DNA of 64,000 bases from Candidatus Fermentibacteraceae bacterium (GCA_041686025.1 JAWLEP010000003.1:17744-81743); one strand, 5' to 3'; positions 16,996 through 26,341 are shown, counted from the first letter of the stretch. Numbers and translations are program-made. The notes: generated from the sequence alone by a model not told the origin.

Positions 16996-19386
16996 CTACC
17001 CGCCGGCGCCATCGGGGTTCCCCCCAAGTTCCTCCAGGGCGTGCTCGGCCGCCGAGCGGACATCCAGCTGCGGGTCCCCGGCCAGCTCCAGCAGCAGGGG
17101 AACCGCGGTGCTGTCCCCGATGGCTCCCAGGGCCGCCGCCACCCGGGTCCTCACCCGGGAGGAGGAATCCCGGGCCAGGGGCACGATGGCGGCAATGGAG
17201 GCCGGCTCACCTATCCGGCCCAGGGCCTCCACAACGGTGGCCCGCAGGCCCACCTGGAGGCTGTCGTCCAGGGCGTCCTCCAGGGCCGGCCGGCCCGAGG
17301 CCTCACCCATGCGGCCCAGCAGCCAGGCGCAGTTGCCCCGCACCCTGGCGGCCTCCGAGGCCAGCAGGCTCTCCGCCAGCGCCGGCAGGGCCAGCCGGGC
17401 ATTCTCCTTCAGCGCCGACTCCATGGCCCGCAGCTCCAGGCCGTCCCAGGCGTTCAGGCGCTCCCCGAGGATGTACGCCACCGCTTCCTCCCCCCTGCGG
17501 CCCAGCTCCCGGCGGTGGGCCAGAACCCTCTCGCGATTCTCGGCCACCGCCCACTCAGCGGCCACCTCGAACAGGGAGTCCAGCTCCAGGGAGCCGGGGT
17601 CCCCGATGGGGTCATCGGCCAGGCTGTCCGGGGGGCTGCTGCGGGGTAAGTCGGCCCCCACGCCGTAGCTGGGAAGCCTCCACAGCTCGCCGCCTCCGGG
17701 CCCCAGGAAGCGGTCGTCGTCGGCCAGGTCCAGGAAGACGGCGGCCCCTCCGAAGCCGCGGCGCCATGGTGCCTCCCCCTGCCCGCCCCCCGCTGCGGCG
17801 TAGACGTCGTCACCGCCCAGGTCTGCGAAGATGCAGGCGGAGTTGGTGAGGGCCAGGGCCTGGCCGCCGTCTGCGCAGTACCAGTCGTCGCCGCCTGCGT
17901 CCAGCAGGAAACCCGTGGAGAGGTCGTGGGCGCTGCCCTGCGCCGGTCCCCGGCGGGAGACGTAGACGTCGTCGCCGCCGCCCTCCCATAGGCAGCCGGC
18001 GGCCAGGTGTATCCCCGAACCCTGGCTGTACTGGGCGGCGGTGTAGCTGTCCTGGCCGTCCTGGTCGTAGAGCATTCCCAGGCCGTAGAAGTAGGCGGCG
18101 CCCTGTCCGAAGACCTCCGCCCGGTAGGTGTCGTTGCCGGAGCCCAGGTCGGCCAGGAGCCCCACGCCCCCGGCCACGAAGGGCCGCAGGCCCATGGCGA
18201 AGCCCTGGGACATGGCCCGGTGGTCCTCACGCAGCAGCGGCTCGTGGGGGTAGCGGAATCCCGCCAGGTAGGAGTCGTGGCCGGCCCGGTCACACAGTGT
18301 GCCCCGTCCGGCGGGGCCCCCGAAGCCCTGCCCGAAGGCCGCCACCCTGTAGGAGTCGTCACCCCCGGCGTCCAGCAGGTCGCCCCTGCCCATCATGGCC
18401 GCCCCCTGGGACATGTAGTCGGCGCGGTAGGTATCGTCGCCTTCGAGGTCGGCCAGCAGGCCCTGGCCCGCCAGGCCGCACCCCTGCGAGAGGGCTCCGG
18501 CGGTGTAGGTGTCGTCGCCGGCAAGGTCCACCAGCACTCCCAGGCCCCCGAAGCCCGAGCCCTGGGCACCGGGCAGCTCGGTCAGGTAGCGGTCGTCGCC
18601 GGCCAGGTCCACCACCACGGCCACGAACCTCCCCGCAGGTGCGGCCGCCGCGGCGCAGTGGCCGCGGTAGGTGTCGTCGCCCCCGATGTCGATGATCAGG
18701 TCGAAGCCTCCGGTGTAGGTGTTGGGTCCGGGTCCGCCGATCACCCAGCTCACGGGGCCGGCGGTGTCGAAGTCGGCCACCGCGCCCTCCACCCCGGGAG
18801 CGCGGAGCTCCGCCTCCGGCCAGCGCACCTCCCCCAGTTCAAGTGCCAGGCACGTGAACGTGTCGGGGTCCAGGGAAGGGGGGACCGGCCACCGGGACAG
18901 GAGGCCGGCCAGCGAATCGGGCTCCACCTCCGGGCCGACGGGCTCGGCCAGGCCCCAGGAGCGGTGCAGGGCCCCGGGGGAGCCCCACTCCCCAGGGGCG
19001 TCCCCGTCGGCGAAGACCACCGGCAGCAGGCAGGCCAGGGTGTCCCCGGCCCCGGCTGCGGAGTCGAAGGCGGCGGAGTAGGCCTCCGCCCGCTCCTCCA
19101 GCAGCAGCAGCAGGTCGGCCATGGGGTCGTCTCCCCCGTAGCTGGCGCTGCCGTCCGGAAGGGCCGACACCTCGCCTGAGAGGATGGCGGGAAGGGAGTG
19201 AATGTCCGTGAGGGCCTTCAGGACCGTGGAGTCCGGAAGGGCTACCCCCCGGGACCAGTGGCGGTCGAAGTTCATCTGCCCCCGGGTGATGTCCAGGGAG
19301 TCCAGGCAGACCGTCAGGGCGGAGTCCACCTCGGCCGGCAGCTGAGGGGCCGGGGCCAGGGCGGCGATCAGAAGGGCTGTGAGCAT
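16996..19386 (-). CDS. Large secreted protein: 12 tandem GDDxY beta-roll-like repeats followed by C-terminal HEAT (PBS-lyase-type) repeats
   Basis: Start set at the internal ATG at 19386 (MLTALLIAALAPAPQLPAEV, signal peptide), preceded by GGGAGGACAG. The 285 codons upstream in the track ORF run antisense to thiM and the riboswitch. Repeats of the form IIDIGGDDTYRGH, VVDLAGDDRYLTE, LVDLAGDDTYTAG, LADLEGDDTYRAD, LLDAGGDDSYRVA and so on, each followed by an xSQGxG segment. C-terminal HEAT repeats (…VRTRVAAALGAIGDSTAVPLLLELAGDPQLDVRSAAEHALEELG). Confidence 0.6.
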   Translation of the reverse strand: MLTALLIAALAPAPQLPAEVDSALTVCLDSLDITRGQMNFDRHWSRGVALPDSTVLKALTDIHSLPAILSGEVSALPDGSASYGGDDPMADLLLLLEERAEAYSAAFDSAAGAGDTLACLLPVVFADGDAPGEWGSPGALHRSWGLAEPVGPEVEPDSLAGLLSRWPVPPSLDPDTFTCLALELGEVRWPEAELRAPGVEGAVADFDTAGPVSWVIGGPGPNTYTGGFDLIIDIGGDDTYRGHCAAAAAPAGRFVAVVVDLAGDDRYLTELPGAQGSGFGGLGVLVDLAGDDTYTAGALSQGCGLAGQGLLADLEGDDTYRADYMSQGAAMMGRGDLLDAGGDDSYRVAAFGQGFGGPAGRGTLCDRAGHDSYLAGFRYPHEPLLREDHRAMSQGFAMGLRPFVAGGVGLLADLGSGNDTYRAEVFGQGAAYFYGLGMLYDQDGQDSYTAAQYSQGSGIHLAAGCLWEGGGDDVYVSRRGPAQGSAHDLSTGFLLDAGGDDWYCADGGQALALTNSACIFADLGGDDVYAAAGGGQGEAPWRRGFGGAAVFLDLADDDRFLGPGGGELWRLPSYGVGADLPRSSPPDSLADDPIGDPGSLELDSLFEVAAEWAVAENRERVLAHRRELGRRGEEAVAYILGERLNAWDGLELRAMESALKENARLALPALAESLLASEAARVRGNCAWLLGRMGEASGRPALEDALDDSLQVGLRATVVEALGRIGEPASIAAIVPLARDSSSRVRTRVAAALGAIGDSTAVPLLLELAGDPQLDVRSAAEHALEELGGNPDGAGG

Positions 19387-19495
19387 CTGTCCTCCCAAGC
19401 TGGTTGCCGGGGCTGCGCGGGCATTAGATAACGCCGGCAGATGCCGCGGGCCAGCCCGAGGTTGACCCGCCCGGGGGGGGCTGCATACCTTCGAT

Positions 19496-19584
19496 GCGGG
19501 ATTGGGGGTGGCCGGGCGGTGGCCCGACCTGAGAGCATACCCCGGGAACTTGAACCGAGTAATGTCGGCGGAAGGAAATCCCTC
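19496..19584 (+). ncRNA. TPP riboswitch (THI element) in the thiM 5' leader
   Basis: GGGGUG, GCCcgaCCUGAGA, ACCC, GAACuUGAaCCgaGUAAUgucGGCGgAAGG consensus blocks. P1 stem GGGAUU (19498-19503) pairs with AAUCCC (19577-19582). Downstream CCUCC segment can pair with the thiM SD GGGAGG. Located 47 nt upstream of the thiM ATG. Confidence 0.7.
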
Positions 19585-19630
19585 CGGGCCTCCCGGCCCG
19601 GGTTTCCTCCGCCTCTGACAGGGAGGCGAG

Positions 19631-20437
19631 ATGTCCGACCCCGTGATCGAGTACGCCGCAGACAACCTGCGCGAGCTGCGCGAGACCGGCCCCATGATCC
19701 ACCACATCACCAACAGCGTGGTGACCAACTTCACCGCCAACATCACCCTGTGCCTGGGAGCGGCCCCCGTGATGGCCCCCTGCGAGGAGGAATCGGCGGA
19801 GATGGCCGGATTCGCCTCCGCGCTGATTCTGAACATCGGGACCCTGGACCCGGCCCTGGTGCAGAGCATGCTGGCGGCCGGGCGGGCGGCCAACGACAGG
19901 GGCATTCCGGTGGTCCTGGACCCGGTGGGGGCCGGCGCCACCGCCCTGAGGACCGACTCCGCCCGCATGCTGGCCGACCAGCTGGAGATAGCCGTGGTCC
20001 GGGCCAACGCCGGCGAGGCCCTCACGCTGGCCGGGGAGTCGGGCCGGGTGCGGGGAGTGGACTCCCACGACAGTGTGGAGGGCCGCGGCGAGGCGCTCCG
20101 GGAGCTGGCCCGGGAGCTGGGCTGCGTGGTGGCGGTAACCGGCCGCGAGGACGTGGTAACCGACGGCAGCCGGGTGATCACCTGCCGCAACGGCCACTCG
20201 GTTATGGGCCGGGTGACCGGCACCGGGTGCGGCGCCACCACGGCGGTGGCCTGCTTCTGCGCCGCGGGTGAAGATGTGATGCTGTCCGCGGTGTCCGGCC
20301 TGGCCTGCTACGCGGTGGCCGGGGAGCTGGCGGGAAGGGATGCCGCCGGACCCGGCAGCTTCGTTCCCGCCTTCCTGGACCGCCTGGCCTCCCTGGACGC
20401 GAAGACGCTCCGGGAGAACGCCAGGATATCGGGATGA
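19631..20437 (+). CDS. thiM: Hydroxyethylthiazole kinase
   Basis: 268 aa with the ThiM signature IHHITNSVVTNFTANITLCLGAAPVMA. Overlaps thiE by 4 nt. Confidence 0.9.
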   Translation: MSDPVIEYAADNLRELRETGPMIHHITNSVVTNFTANITLCLGAAPVMAPCEEESAEMAGFASALILNIGTLDPALVQSMLAAGRAANDRGIPVVLDPVGAGATALRTDSARMLADQLEIAVVRANAGEALTLAGESGRVRGVDSHDSVEGRGEALRELARELGCVVAVTGREDVVTDGSRVITCRNGHSVMGRVTGTGCGATTAVACFCAAGEDVMLSAVSGLACYAVAGELAGRDAAGPGSFVPAFLDRLASLDAKTLRENARISG

Positions 20438-21081
20438 GGACCGCCGACCTGGCCGTATACCTGGTCACCGACCCCGGGATGGGCCTGAAGCGGGGACTTG
20501 CCGAGACGGTGCGCCTGTCCCTGGAGGCCGGGGTCCGCACGGTGCAGCTGCGGGACAAGGAAGCCTCCACCCGAAAGCTGCTGGACGACGCATCGACGCT
20601 TCTGGCGCTGTGCCGGAAGCACGGGGCCACGTTTCTGGTGAACGACCGGGTGGATGTGGCCATGGCGGCGGGGGCCGACGGCGTGCACCTGGGCCAGGAC
20701 GACATGCCGGCGGACGCCGCCAGGAGGCTCCTGGGCCGCGATGCAGTGATCGGGGTATCGGTGCGGACGGAGGAGGAGGCCCGGCGGGCGGCGGAGGACG
20801 GGGCCGACTACATGGCCGCCAACCTGGTCTACCCCACCGCCACCAAGACCGACCTCCCCGACCCTCTGGGCCCCGAGGGGATCCGGGAGCTGCGGTCCGC
20901 CTGCGGCCTGCCCCTGGTGGCCATAGGCGGCATAGACGCCGGCAACGCAGCGGAGGTGATAGGGGCCGGGGCCGACGGCCTGGCGGTGGTCTCGGCCATC
21001 ATGGCGGCGGAGGAGCCGGCATCCGCTGCGGCCCGCCTGCTGGCTGCCGCCCGAAAAGCCTTGGCCGGCAGGGATTCTTGA
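20434..21081 (+). CDS. thiE: Thiamine-phosphate synthase
   Basis: 215-aa TIM barrel with YLVTD, GADGVHLGQDD and IGGI motifs. Confidence 0.9.
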   Translation: MRTADLAVYLVTDPGMGLKRGLAETVRLSLEAGVRTVQLRDKEASTRKLLDDASTLLALCRKHGATFLVNDRVDVAMAAGADGVHLGQDDMPADAARRLLGRDAVIGVSVRTEEEARRAAEDGADYMAANLVYPTATKTDLPDPLGPEGIRELRSACGLPLVAIGGIDAGNAAEVIGAGADGLAVVSAIMAAEEPASAAARLLAAARKALAGRDS

Positions 21082-21156
21082 CAGGGCCCGCACAGGGAAT
21101 ACCTTTCAGGGAACAGGCCGGCGAGCTGGTCGCCCGGCCGCCAACCATGAGGAGGG

Positions 21157-21597
21157 ATGGTTACGATGAGAGAGATGATGATCTGTATGGTGCTGGCGGC
21201 GTCCGCCATGGCCTTCGGCGGGCTGGACACCCCCGACGTCCCCGAGACCCCCGAGGCCGACCTTTCCCAGATAGAGATCCCGGGAATGGAGATACTGGAC
21301 GGGATCCAGGTGGAGCTGGACGAGCTGATCGCCTCCACCGACTCACTGCGGACCCTGATACCCCAGCTCTCCGTGCTGGACGAGGCCTCCGCCGAGCTTG
21401 CGGAGCTGCGCGACACCGACCCCGAGCTGGCCGAGCTGCAGGCGGAGATCGACGCCCTCCGCGACGAGCTGGAGGTGGCCAGGACCGACCTGGAGACCAG
21501 GACTGAGGCCATTACCTCCAGGCTCGACGCCATAAACGAGTCGGTCACCACCTTCACCGAGGGACTTCCCGGACAGGGAAGCAGCGAGACCCGCTAA
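21157..21597 (+). CDS. Hypothetical small secreted acidic coiled-coil protein
   Basis: Signal peptide MREMMICMVLAASAMAFG followed by an acidic heptad-like sequence (AELAELRDTDPELAELQAEIDALRDELEVARTDLE). No recognisable family. Confidence 0.4.
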   Translation: MVTMREMMICMVLAASAMAFGGLDTPDVPETPEADLSQIEIPGMEILDGIQVELDELIASTDSLRTLIPQLSVLDEASAELAELRDTDPELAELQAEIDALRDELEVARTDLETRTEAITSRLDAINESVTTFTEGLPGQGSSETR

Positions 21598-21601
21598 ACC
21601 C

Positions 21602-22546
21602 CTATTCGAAGGGGCTCCGGCGGCGGAAGTCCGGCAGGCAGGACTCCGGGGAGTCCATGCCCTGGACCCAGCCCACCCGGAGCCCCTCCTCCTCCAGAAC
21701 CTCCCGCGCCCTTGCATACTCCGAGGGCCGGATCCTCCTGGACAGAAGCGGAAACTCCCCCGCCCTGTGCAGGGGGTTGTACTGCGACATCAGGCTGACC
21801 CCCACCCCGGGCGAGAGCTCCCGGGCTATGAACCGAAGCCACTGCTCCGTCCCCGACAGGCCTCCCGGCAGGACCAGCAGCCTCACCAGCAGGCCGGACT
21901 CCGCTACGCCGTCGGGCCCGACCCGCAGGGGCCCCGCCTGCCTGAACATCTCCCGCAGGGCTTTGCGGGCGGCCCCCGGGTAGCCGGGGGCGCCGGAGTA
22001 GCGGACGGCGTGCTCCTCCTCCCAGTACCGCGCGTCGGGCAGGTATATCTCGAAGATCCCCTCCAGCAGCTCCAGCACCTCCACCCTGTCGTAGCCGGAG
22101 GAGTTGTAGATCAGGGGGAGGCCGAATCCCTCCTCCGCCGCCAGGGCCAGGGAGTCCAGTATCCAGGGGAGGTAGTGGGTGGGGGTTACGAAGCCCGCAG
22201 TGGGGCATCCGGCGTCCCGGAAGCGCAGCAGCGTCCGGGCCAGCTCCCGGGCCTCGGTGGGGAACCGCCTGGGGGTCTGGCTGATGTCGTGGTTCTGGCA
22301 GTAGACGCAGGAGAGGCTGCAGTGGGCCAGGAAGACGTTGCCCACGCCCCGGCGGCCGCCCAGCACCGGCTCCTCCCCGTGGTGGACGCAGGTGGAGGCC
22401 ACCTCCAGCTCCCCCCCGGCGCCGCAGCGGCCCCGCTGGCCCCGGTCCCTGCGGGCCCCGCACCGGTGGGGGCAGAGCCGGCAGGGGGAGGCCAGCTCCC
22501 TCAGCCGGCCCGCCCGCTCCCGCAGCAGAGCCGGGTCCGCCATCAT
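21602..22546 (-). CDS. Radical SAM protein, PflX/YjjW-like (pyruvate formate-lyase activating enzyme homologue)
   Basis: N-terminal CRLCPHRCGARRDRGQRGRCG cysteine cluster followed by radical SAM CSLSCVYCQN (CxxxCxxC). The start overlaps the stop of the ABC gene at 22543. Confidence 0.8.
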   Translation of the reverse strand: MMADPALLRERAGRLRELASPCRLCPHRCGARRDRGQRGRCGAGGELEVASTCVHHGEEPVLGGRRGVGNVFLAHCSLSCVYCQNHDISQTPRRFPTEARELARTLLRFRDAGCPTAGFVTPTHYLPWILDSLALAAEEGFGLPLIYNSSGYDRVEVLELLEGIFEIYLPDARYWEEEHAVRYSGAPGYPGAARKALREMFRQAGPLRVGPDGVAESGLLVRLLVLPGGLSGTEQWLRFIARELSPGVGVSLMSQYNPLHRAGEFPLLSRRIRPSEYARAREVLEEEGLRVGWVQGMDSPESCLPDFRRRSPFE

Positions 22547-24276
22547 GCCCGCTCCGTGCCGGCGTCGGACATCTCCGTGGAGATCACCCAGCGGTAGAGC
22601 CTGCTCTCCCGCCGCAGCCGGTCATGGGTGCCGGCGGCCGCCAGCCGGCCCCGGTGCAGAAGCACCACCCGGTCGGCGTGCTTCACGGTGGCCTCCCGGT
22701 GGGTGACCACGAAGGTGATGGCGCCCGAGGCCGCCGGGCCGAGACGCTTCCAGAGAGCCTCCTCCCGCTCGGCGTCCAGGGCGGCGGTGCAGTCGTCCAG
22801 AAGCAGCAGCGACGGCCCCCCGGCCAGGGCCCGGGCGATAGCCACGCGCTGCCGCTGGCCGCCGCTCACCCCGGTGCCGCCCTGGCCCAGCAGACGGCGG
22901 GCGCCCATGTGCAGCTCCCCCGCGGGGAGGCCGGCGGCCTCCAGGGCCGCCGCCACCCGCTCCTGGCCGATGGGCCTTCCCAGGCGGACGTTCTCCGCCA
23001 CCGTCTCGCTGAACAGCACCGACTCCTGGGGCACGTACCCCACCCTGGCGGAGAGGGCGTCCTCGGGGATGCTCTGAAGCGGGACGCCGTTGAGCAGCAC
23101 CTCCCCCTCCCCGGCCGGCAGAAGGCCGGCCAGCATCTTCAGCAGGGTGGTCTTTCCGCTCCCCACCTCCCCCACCACTGCCACCACCGCCGGGGCCTCC
23201 ACCCGCAGGTCGATGCCCTCCAGCCCGGGGCCCTCGGGGTAGCGGAATCCGGCTCCCCGGAGCTCCACGGTGCGCAGGGGGCCGGGATCCTCCCCCGAGA
23301 GCCTTCGCACCCTGCCGGGGAACTCCAGTATCTCGTTCTCCCTGTCTATGGAGGCGAAGGCCTGCCGGGAGGTGACGAAGAGGTTGGGGATGTCCATCAT
23401 CGGCGCCAGGAGCAGGTCCAGGTAGACGTAGAAGGCGTAGAAGTCGCCCAGGCCTATACGCTGCCGGATCACCAGTATTCCCCCCACCAGGACCACCAGG
23501 ACCTTCCCGAAGTGGCCGATGAAGTTGTAGAGGCTGTGCACCAGCATCATCAGCCGGGCGATGTCCATCTCTATGTCAACCCGGCGGTCCAGCAGGCGGC
23601 GCAGCCGGGACTTCTGGCCATCCTCGGCCCCGTAGGCCTTCACGATGGAGATGCCGGCGAAGGTGCTGTCCAGCAGGTCGTTGGTGTGGCTGGTGGCCCG
23701 GCGGCTCTCCTCCACCTTCTTGCCCAGCCGGTGCTCCACGCGGTAGAAGATGTAGATCATCAGGGGCAGGGGGGCCACCGCCAGCAGCGTCAGCTCCCAG
23801 CTTATCAGCACCATCACCACCAGGCAGAACAGCAGCCGGGCGGAGGACTCCAGGGCCCGGAAAACGGCCGAGCAGCTGAACCAGCCGATCCGGGGGTACT
23901 CCACGATGTCGTCGGTGAGCCTGGTGGTGAGATCGCCGGGACGGAACCTCCCCCAGAAGCGGTAGTCCTTCTCCTTGAGGCTGTCGAAGACGTCGTCGCG
24001 GACGTCCAGGCCGATCTTGCTGTTCAGCCAGGCCCTGGCCCCGGGGTAGAGGCCGGCCACGAAGCGTCCCAGGGCCAGGGCCCCCAGTATCAGCATCACC
24101 TGTCGCAGCCTGTCGCCTCCCTCCATGACCTGCTCCAGGTTGTCCAGGACGTAGCGGAAGACCAGGGGAAAGCCCAGGGCCACCCCGCTGGAGACCACGG
24201 TGAGCACCAGGAGGACGGAGATGTGGGCCCGGTGTCCGCGCCAGTAGGAGGCTATCCAGCGCATGTGCCTAAGCAT
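22543..24276 (-). CDS. ABC transporter permease/ATP-binding protein (type I exporter half-transporter)
   Basis: Six-TM domain followed by an NBD with Walker A GEVGSGKTTL, ABC signature VSGGQRQRVAIARAL and Walker B LLLDDCTAALD. Confidence 0.9.
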   Translation of the reverse strand: MLRHMRWIASYWRGHRAHISVLLVLTVVSSGVALGFPLVFRYVLDNLEQVMEGGDRLRQVMLILGALALGRFVAGLYPGARAWLNSKIGLDVRDDVFDSLKEKDYRFWGRFRPGDLTTRLTDDIVEYPRIGWFSCSAVFRALESSARLLFCLVVMVLISWELTLLAVAPLPLMIYIFYRVEHRLGKKVEESRRATSHTNDLLDSTFAGISIVKAYGAEDGQKSRLRRLLDRRVDIEMDIARLMMLVHSLYNFIGHFGKVLVVLVGGILVIRQRIGLGDFYAFYVYLDLLLAPMMDIPNLFVTSRQAFASIDRENEILEFPGRVRRLSGEDPGPLRTVELRGAGFRYPEGPGLEGIDLRVEAPAVVAVVGEVGSGKTTLLKMLAGLLPAGEGEVLLNGVPLQSIPEDALSARVGYVPQESVLFSETVAENVRLGRPIGQERVAAALEAAGLPAGELHMGARRLLGQGGTGVSGGQRQRVAIARALAGGPSLLLLDDCTAALDAEREEALWKRLGPAASGAITFVVTHREATVKHADRVVLLHRGRLAAAGTHDRLRRESRLYRWVISTEMSDAGTERA

Positions 24277-26080
24277 CGATCCTGTCCTCCTCCCCGTCGC
24301 CCCGCCCCAGCTGAAGCCGGTACAGGCCCGAGTAGACGCCTCCCCGGGCCAGGAGCTCGGCGTGGGGGCCCTCCTCGATCACCCGGCCGCCCTGGATCAC
24401 CAGTATCCGGCTGGCGTGCAGGACGGTGCCCAGACGGTGGGCCACCACCAGAGCGGTCCTGTCCTCCACCATCAGGTCGGTGGCCCTCTGAATTCGCTTC
24501 TCCGTGCCGGGGTCCACGCTGGAGGTTGCCTCGTCCAGGACCAGTATGTCCGGCTGCCGCAGTACGGCCCTGGCGAAGCTCACCAGCTGCCTCTCGCCCA
24601 TGGAGAGGTTGGTGCCCCCCTCGGCTATCTCGGTGTCCAGGCCGCCGGGCAGCCTCTCCACCAGATCCTCTGCGTCGATGGCCCGCATGGCCGCCATCTG
24701 GTCCTCCCGGGGCACCTCCGGGTCGAAGACCGTGAGGTTCTCCGACAGGCTGCCGGAGAACAGGTTCACGTCCTGCAGCACCATGCCCAGCCGGCTGCGC
24801 CAGACCTCCATCCTGAGGTCGGCGATGTCCATGCCGTCCACCGTTATCCGGCCCCTCTGCGGGGTGTAGAAACGCATCAGCAGCCCCACCACGGTGGACT
24901 TGCCGCCGCCGCTGGCCCCCACCAGGGCCACCATCTCCCCCCGGCGGAGGGTCATGCTCATGCCCCGCAGGGCCCAGTCGTCGTCCTCGGCATAGCGAAA
25001 CCAGACGTCCTCGAACCGGATCTCGCTCCAGTCCGGGGTAAAGGCCTCCCGGCCCAGTACGCCGTCCGGGGTGAGGGTCTCGGTGTCCAGTATGCCGAAA
25101 AGCCGGTCGGCGGAGGCCAGGCCCCGCTGGACCTGGTTCAGCGTGGAGCTGAACATCAGGATGGGCTGGAACAGCCGCCGGGTGTACTCCACGAACAGCA
25201 CCACCGTGCCCGCCGTGAGGACCCCGGAGGCCAGCCCCCCCCGCCCGGCGAAGAGTATCACCGCCACGGCCACTATCTCGCAGCTGCCCAGGAAGCTCCA
25301 GAAGGTGTACTCCCAGCCCATGGCCCGCACCTCCCGGCGCACGTACTCCTCCCCGGCGCGGTGGAGCTTCTCCGCCGCCGTCCCGGTGGCCCCGAAGACC
25401 TGGAGGACGGGTATGGAGCGGACGTACTCCGCCACCACCGAGGAGACCCGGGCGAAGGCACTCCGCAGCCTGCCGTACAGGGTCCGCATGTAGCGCAGCA
25501 CCGGGACGGTGAGCAGGGCCACGGGGACGATGAGCACCAGCACGGCTCCGGTGATGCGCAGGTCCGTGGCCGCCATCACCGCCAGGGTGCCCACCACCAG
25601 GGCCAGGCTGCGCAGCAGGGCCATGGACACGTCGCTGAACAGCATGCGGATCTTCTCGCCGTCGCTCTCCACCCTGGCCATGAGCCGGCCCGTAGGGTGC
25701 CGGTCGAAGAAGGACCGGGAGAGGGTGAGCATGTGCGAGAAGACCCCGCCCTTCACGTCCCTCACCACGGCAAGGCCGATCCTGGTGGCCATCACCACCT
25801 GCAGGTAGGAGAGGGCCATCACCAGGCCGAAGAGCCCGGCGAATAGGCCGGAGAGAAGCACTATCTCCCCGATGCTGCCGCTGGGTATGGAGACGTCTAT
25901 GACCCGCCGGAGCACCAGGGGGGCGGCCAGCTCCCCCGCCACCGAGAGCAGCAGGAGCGCGCCGGCTCCCAGGAAGGTCCCCAGCCTGGGCCGCACGTAG
26001 GGCCAGAGCCGGGCCATAAGGCGCAACGACGACGTACGCCTGGTCTCCCGCCCTTCCTCCTCGAGCTCACCCCACATCAC
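24269..26080 (-). CDS. ABC transporter permease/ATP-binding protein (partner half-transporter)
   Basis: TM domain followed by an NBD with GASGGGKSTV, LSMGERQLVSFARAV, ILVLDEATSSVD. Overlaps the downstream ABC gene by 8 nt, implying a heterodimeric exporter. Confidence 0.9.
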   Translation of the reverse strand: MMWGELEEEGRETRRTSSLRLMARLWPYVRPRLGTFLGAGALLLLSVAGELAAPLVLRRVIDVSIPSGSIGEIVLLSGLFAGLFGLVMALSYLQVVMATRIGLAVVRDVKGGVFSHMLTLSRSFFDRHPTGRLMARVESDGEKIRMLFSDVSMALLRSLALVVGTLAVMAATDLRITGAVLVLIVPVALLTVPVLRYMRTLYGRLRSAFARVSSVVAEYVRSIPVLQVFGATGTAAEKLHRAGEEYVRREVRAMGWEYTFWSFLGSCEIVAVAVILFAGRGGLASGVLTAGTVVLFVEYTRRLFQPILMFSSTLNQVQRGLASADRLFGILDTETLTPDGVLGREAFTPDWSEIRFEDVWFRYAEDDDWALRGMSMTLRRGEMVALVGASGGGKSTVVGLLMRFYTPQRGRITVDGMDIADLRMEVWRSRLGMVLQDVNLFSGSLSENLTVFDPEVPREDQMAAMRAIDAEDLVERLPGGLDTEIAEGGTNLSMGERQLVSFARAVLRQPDILVLDEATSSVDPGTEKRIQRATDLMVEDRTALVVAHRLGTVLHASRILVIQGGRVIEEGPHAELLARGGVYSGLYRLQLGRGDGEEDRIDA

Positions 26081-26341
26081 GCACCGATCCTCTCCGTCTG
26101 CTGCGCGGCGGACGCCGGGGAAGGGCGGACGCGGCAGCGCCCGGAAGGCCTGTCACCTGCGATGATGTGGTATGGGTCCGGGCAGGATGAAGGCGCACTC
26201 CCCCGGAACGGCCGCCGCCTGGACTAGGCCTTGCTGCCGCTCCTCAGCTGGGCTGGATCACTGTAAGGGACATGCGCTGCCTCCCGGCTGTTTTGTGCGG
26301 TCTAACCTAGCATGAGAGGCCGAATCGTCAAGCCGGGGGCT

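Noticed and set aside
19387-20241. N-terminal 285 codons of the 1081-aa ORF 16996..20241(-)
   Set aside because: This segment runs antisense through the TPP riboswitch and thiM. An internal ATG at 19386 has a strong SD (GGGAGG) and is followed by a signal peptide, so the gene is called as 16996..19386.
22543-26080. ABC exporter pair as a bacteriocin/RiPP export module
   Set aside because: Neither protein has an N-terminal C39 peptidase domain or an obvious cognate precursor nearby. They are annotated simply as a heterodimeric type I exporter; substrate unknown.
26081-26341. 260-nt intergenic gap upstream of the ABC exporter pair, examined for a RiPP precursor or small ORF
   Set aside because: The longest minus-strand ORF there is 9 codons (MSLTVIQPS), with no SD and no Cys/Ser/Thr-rich core. 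Probably just a promoter or 5' UTR region.
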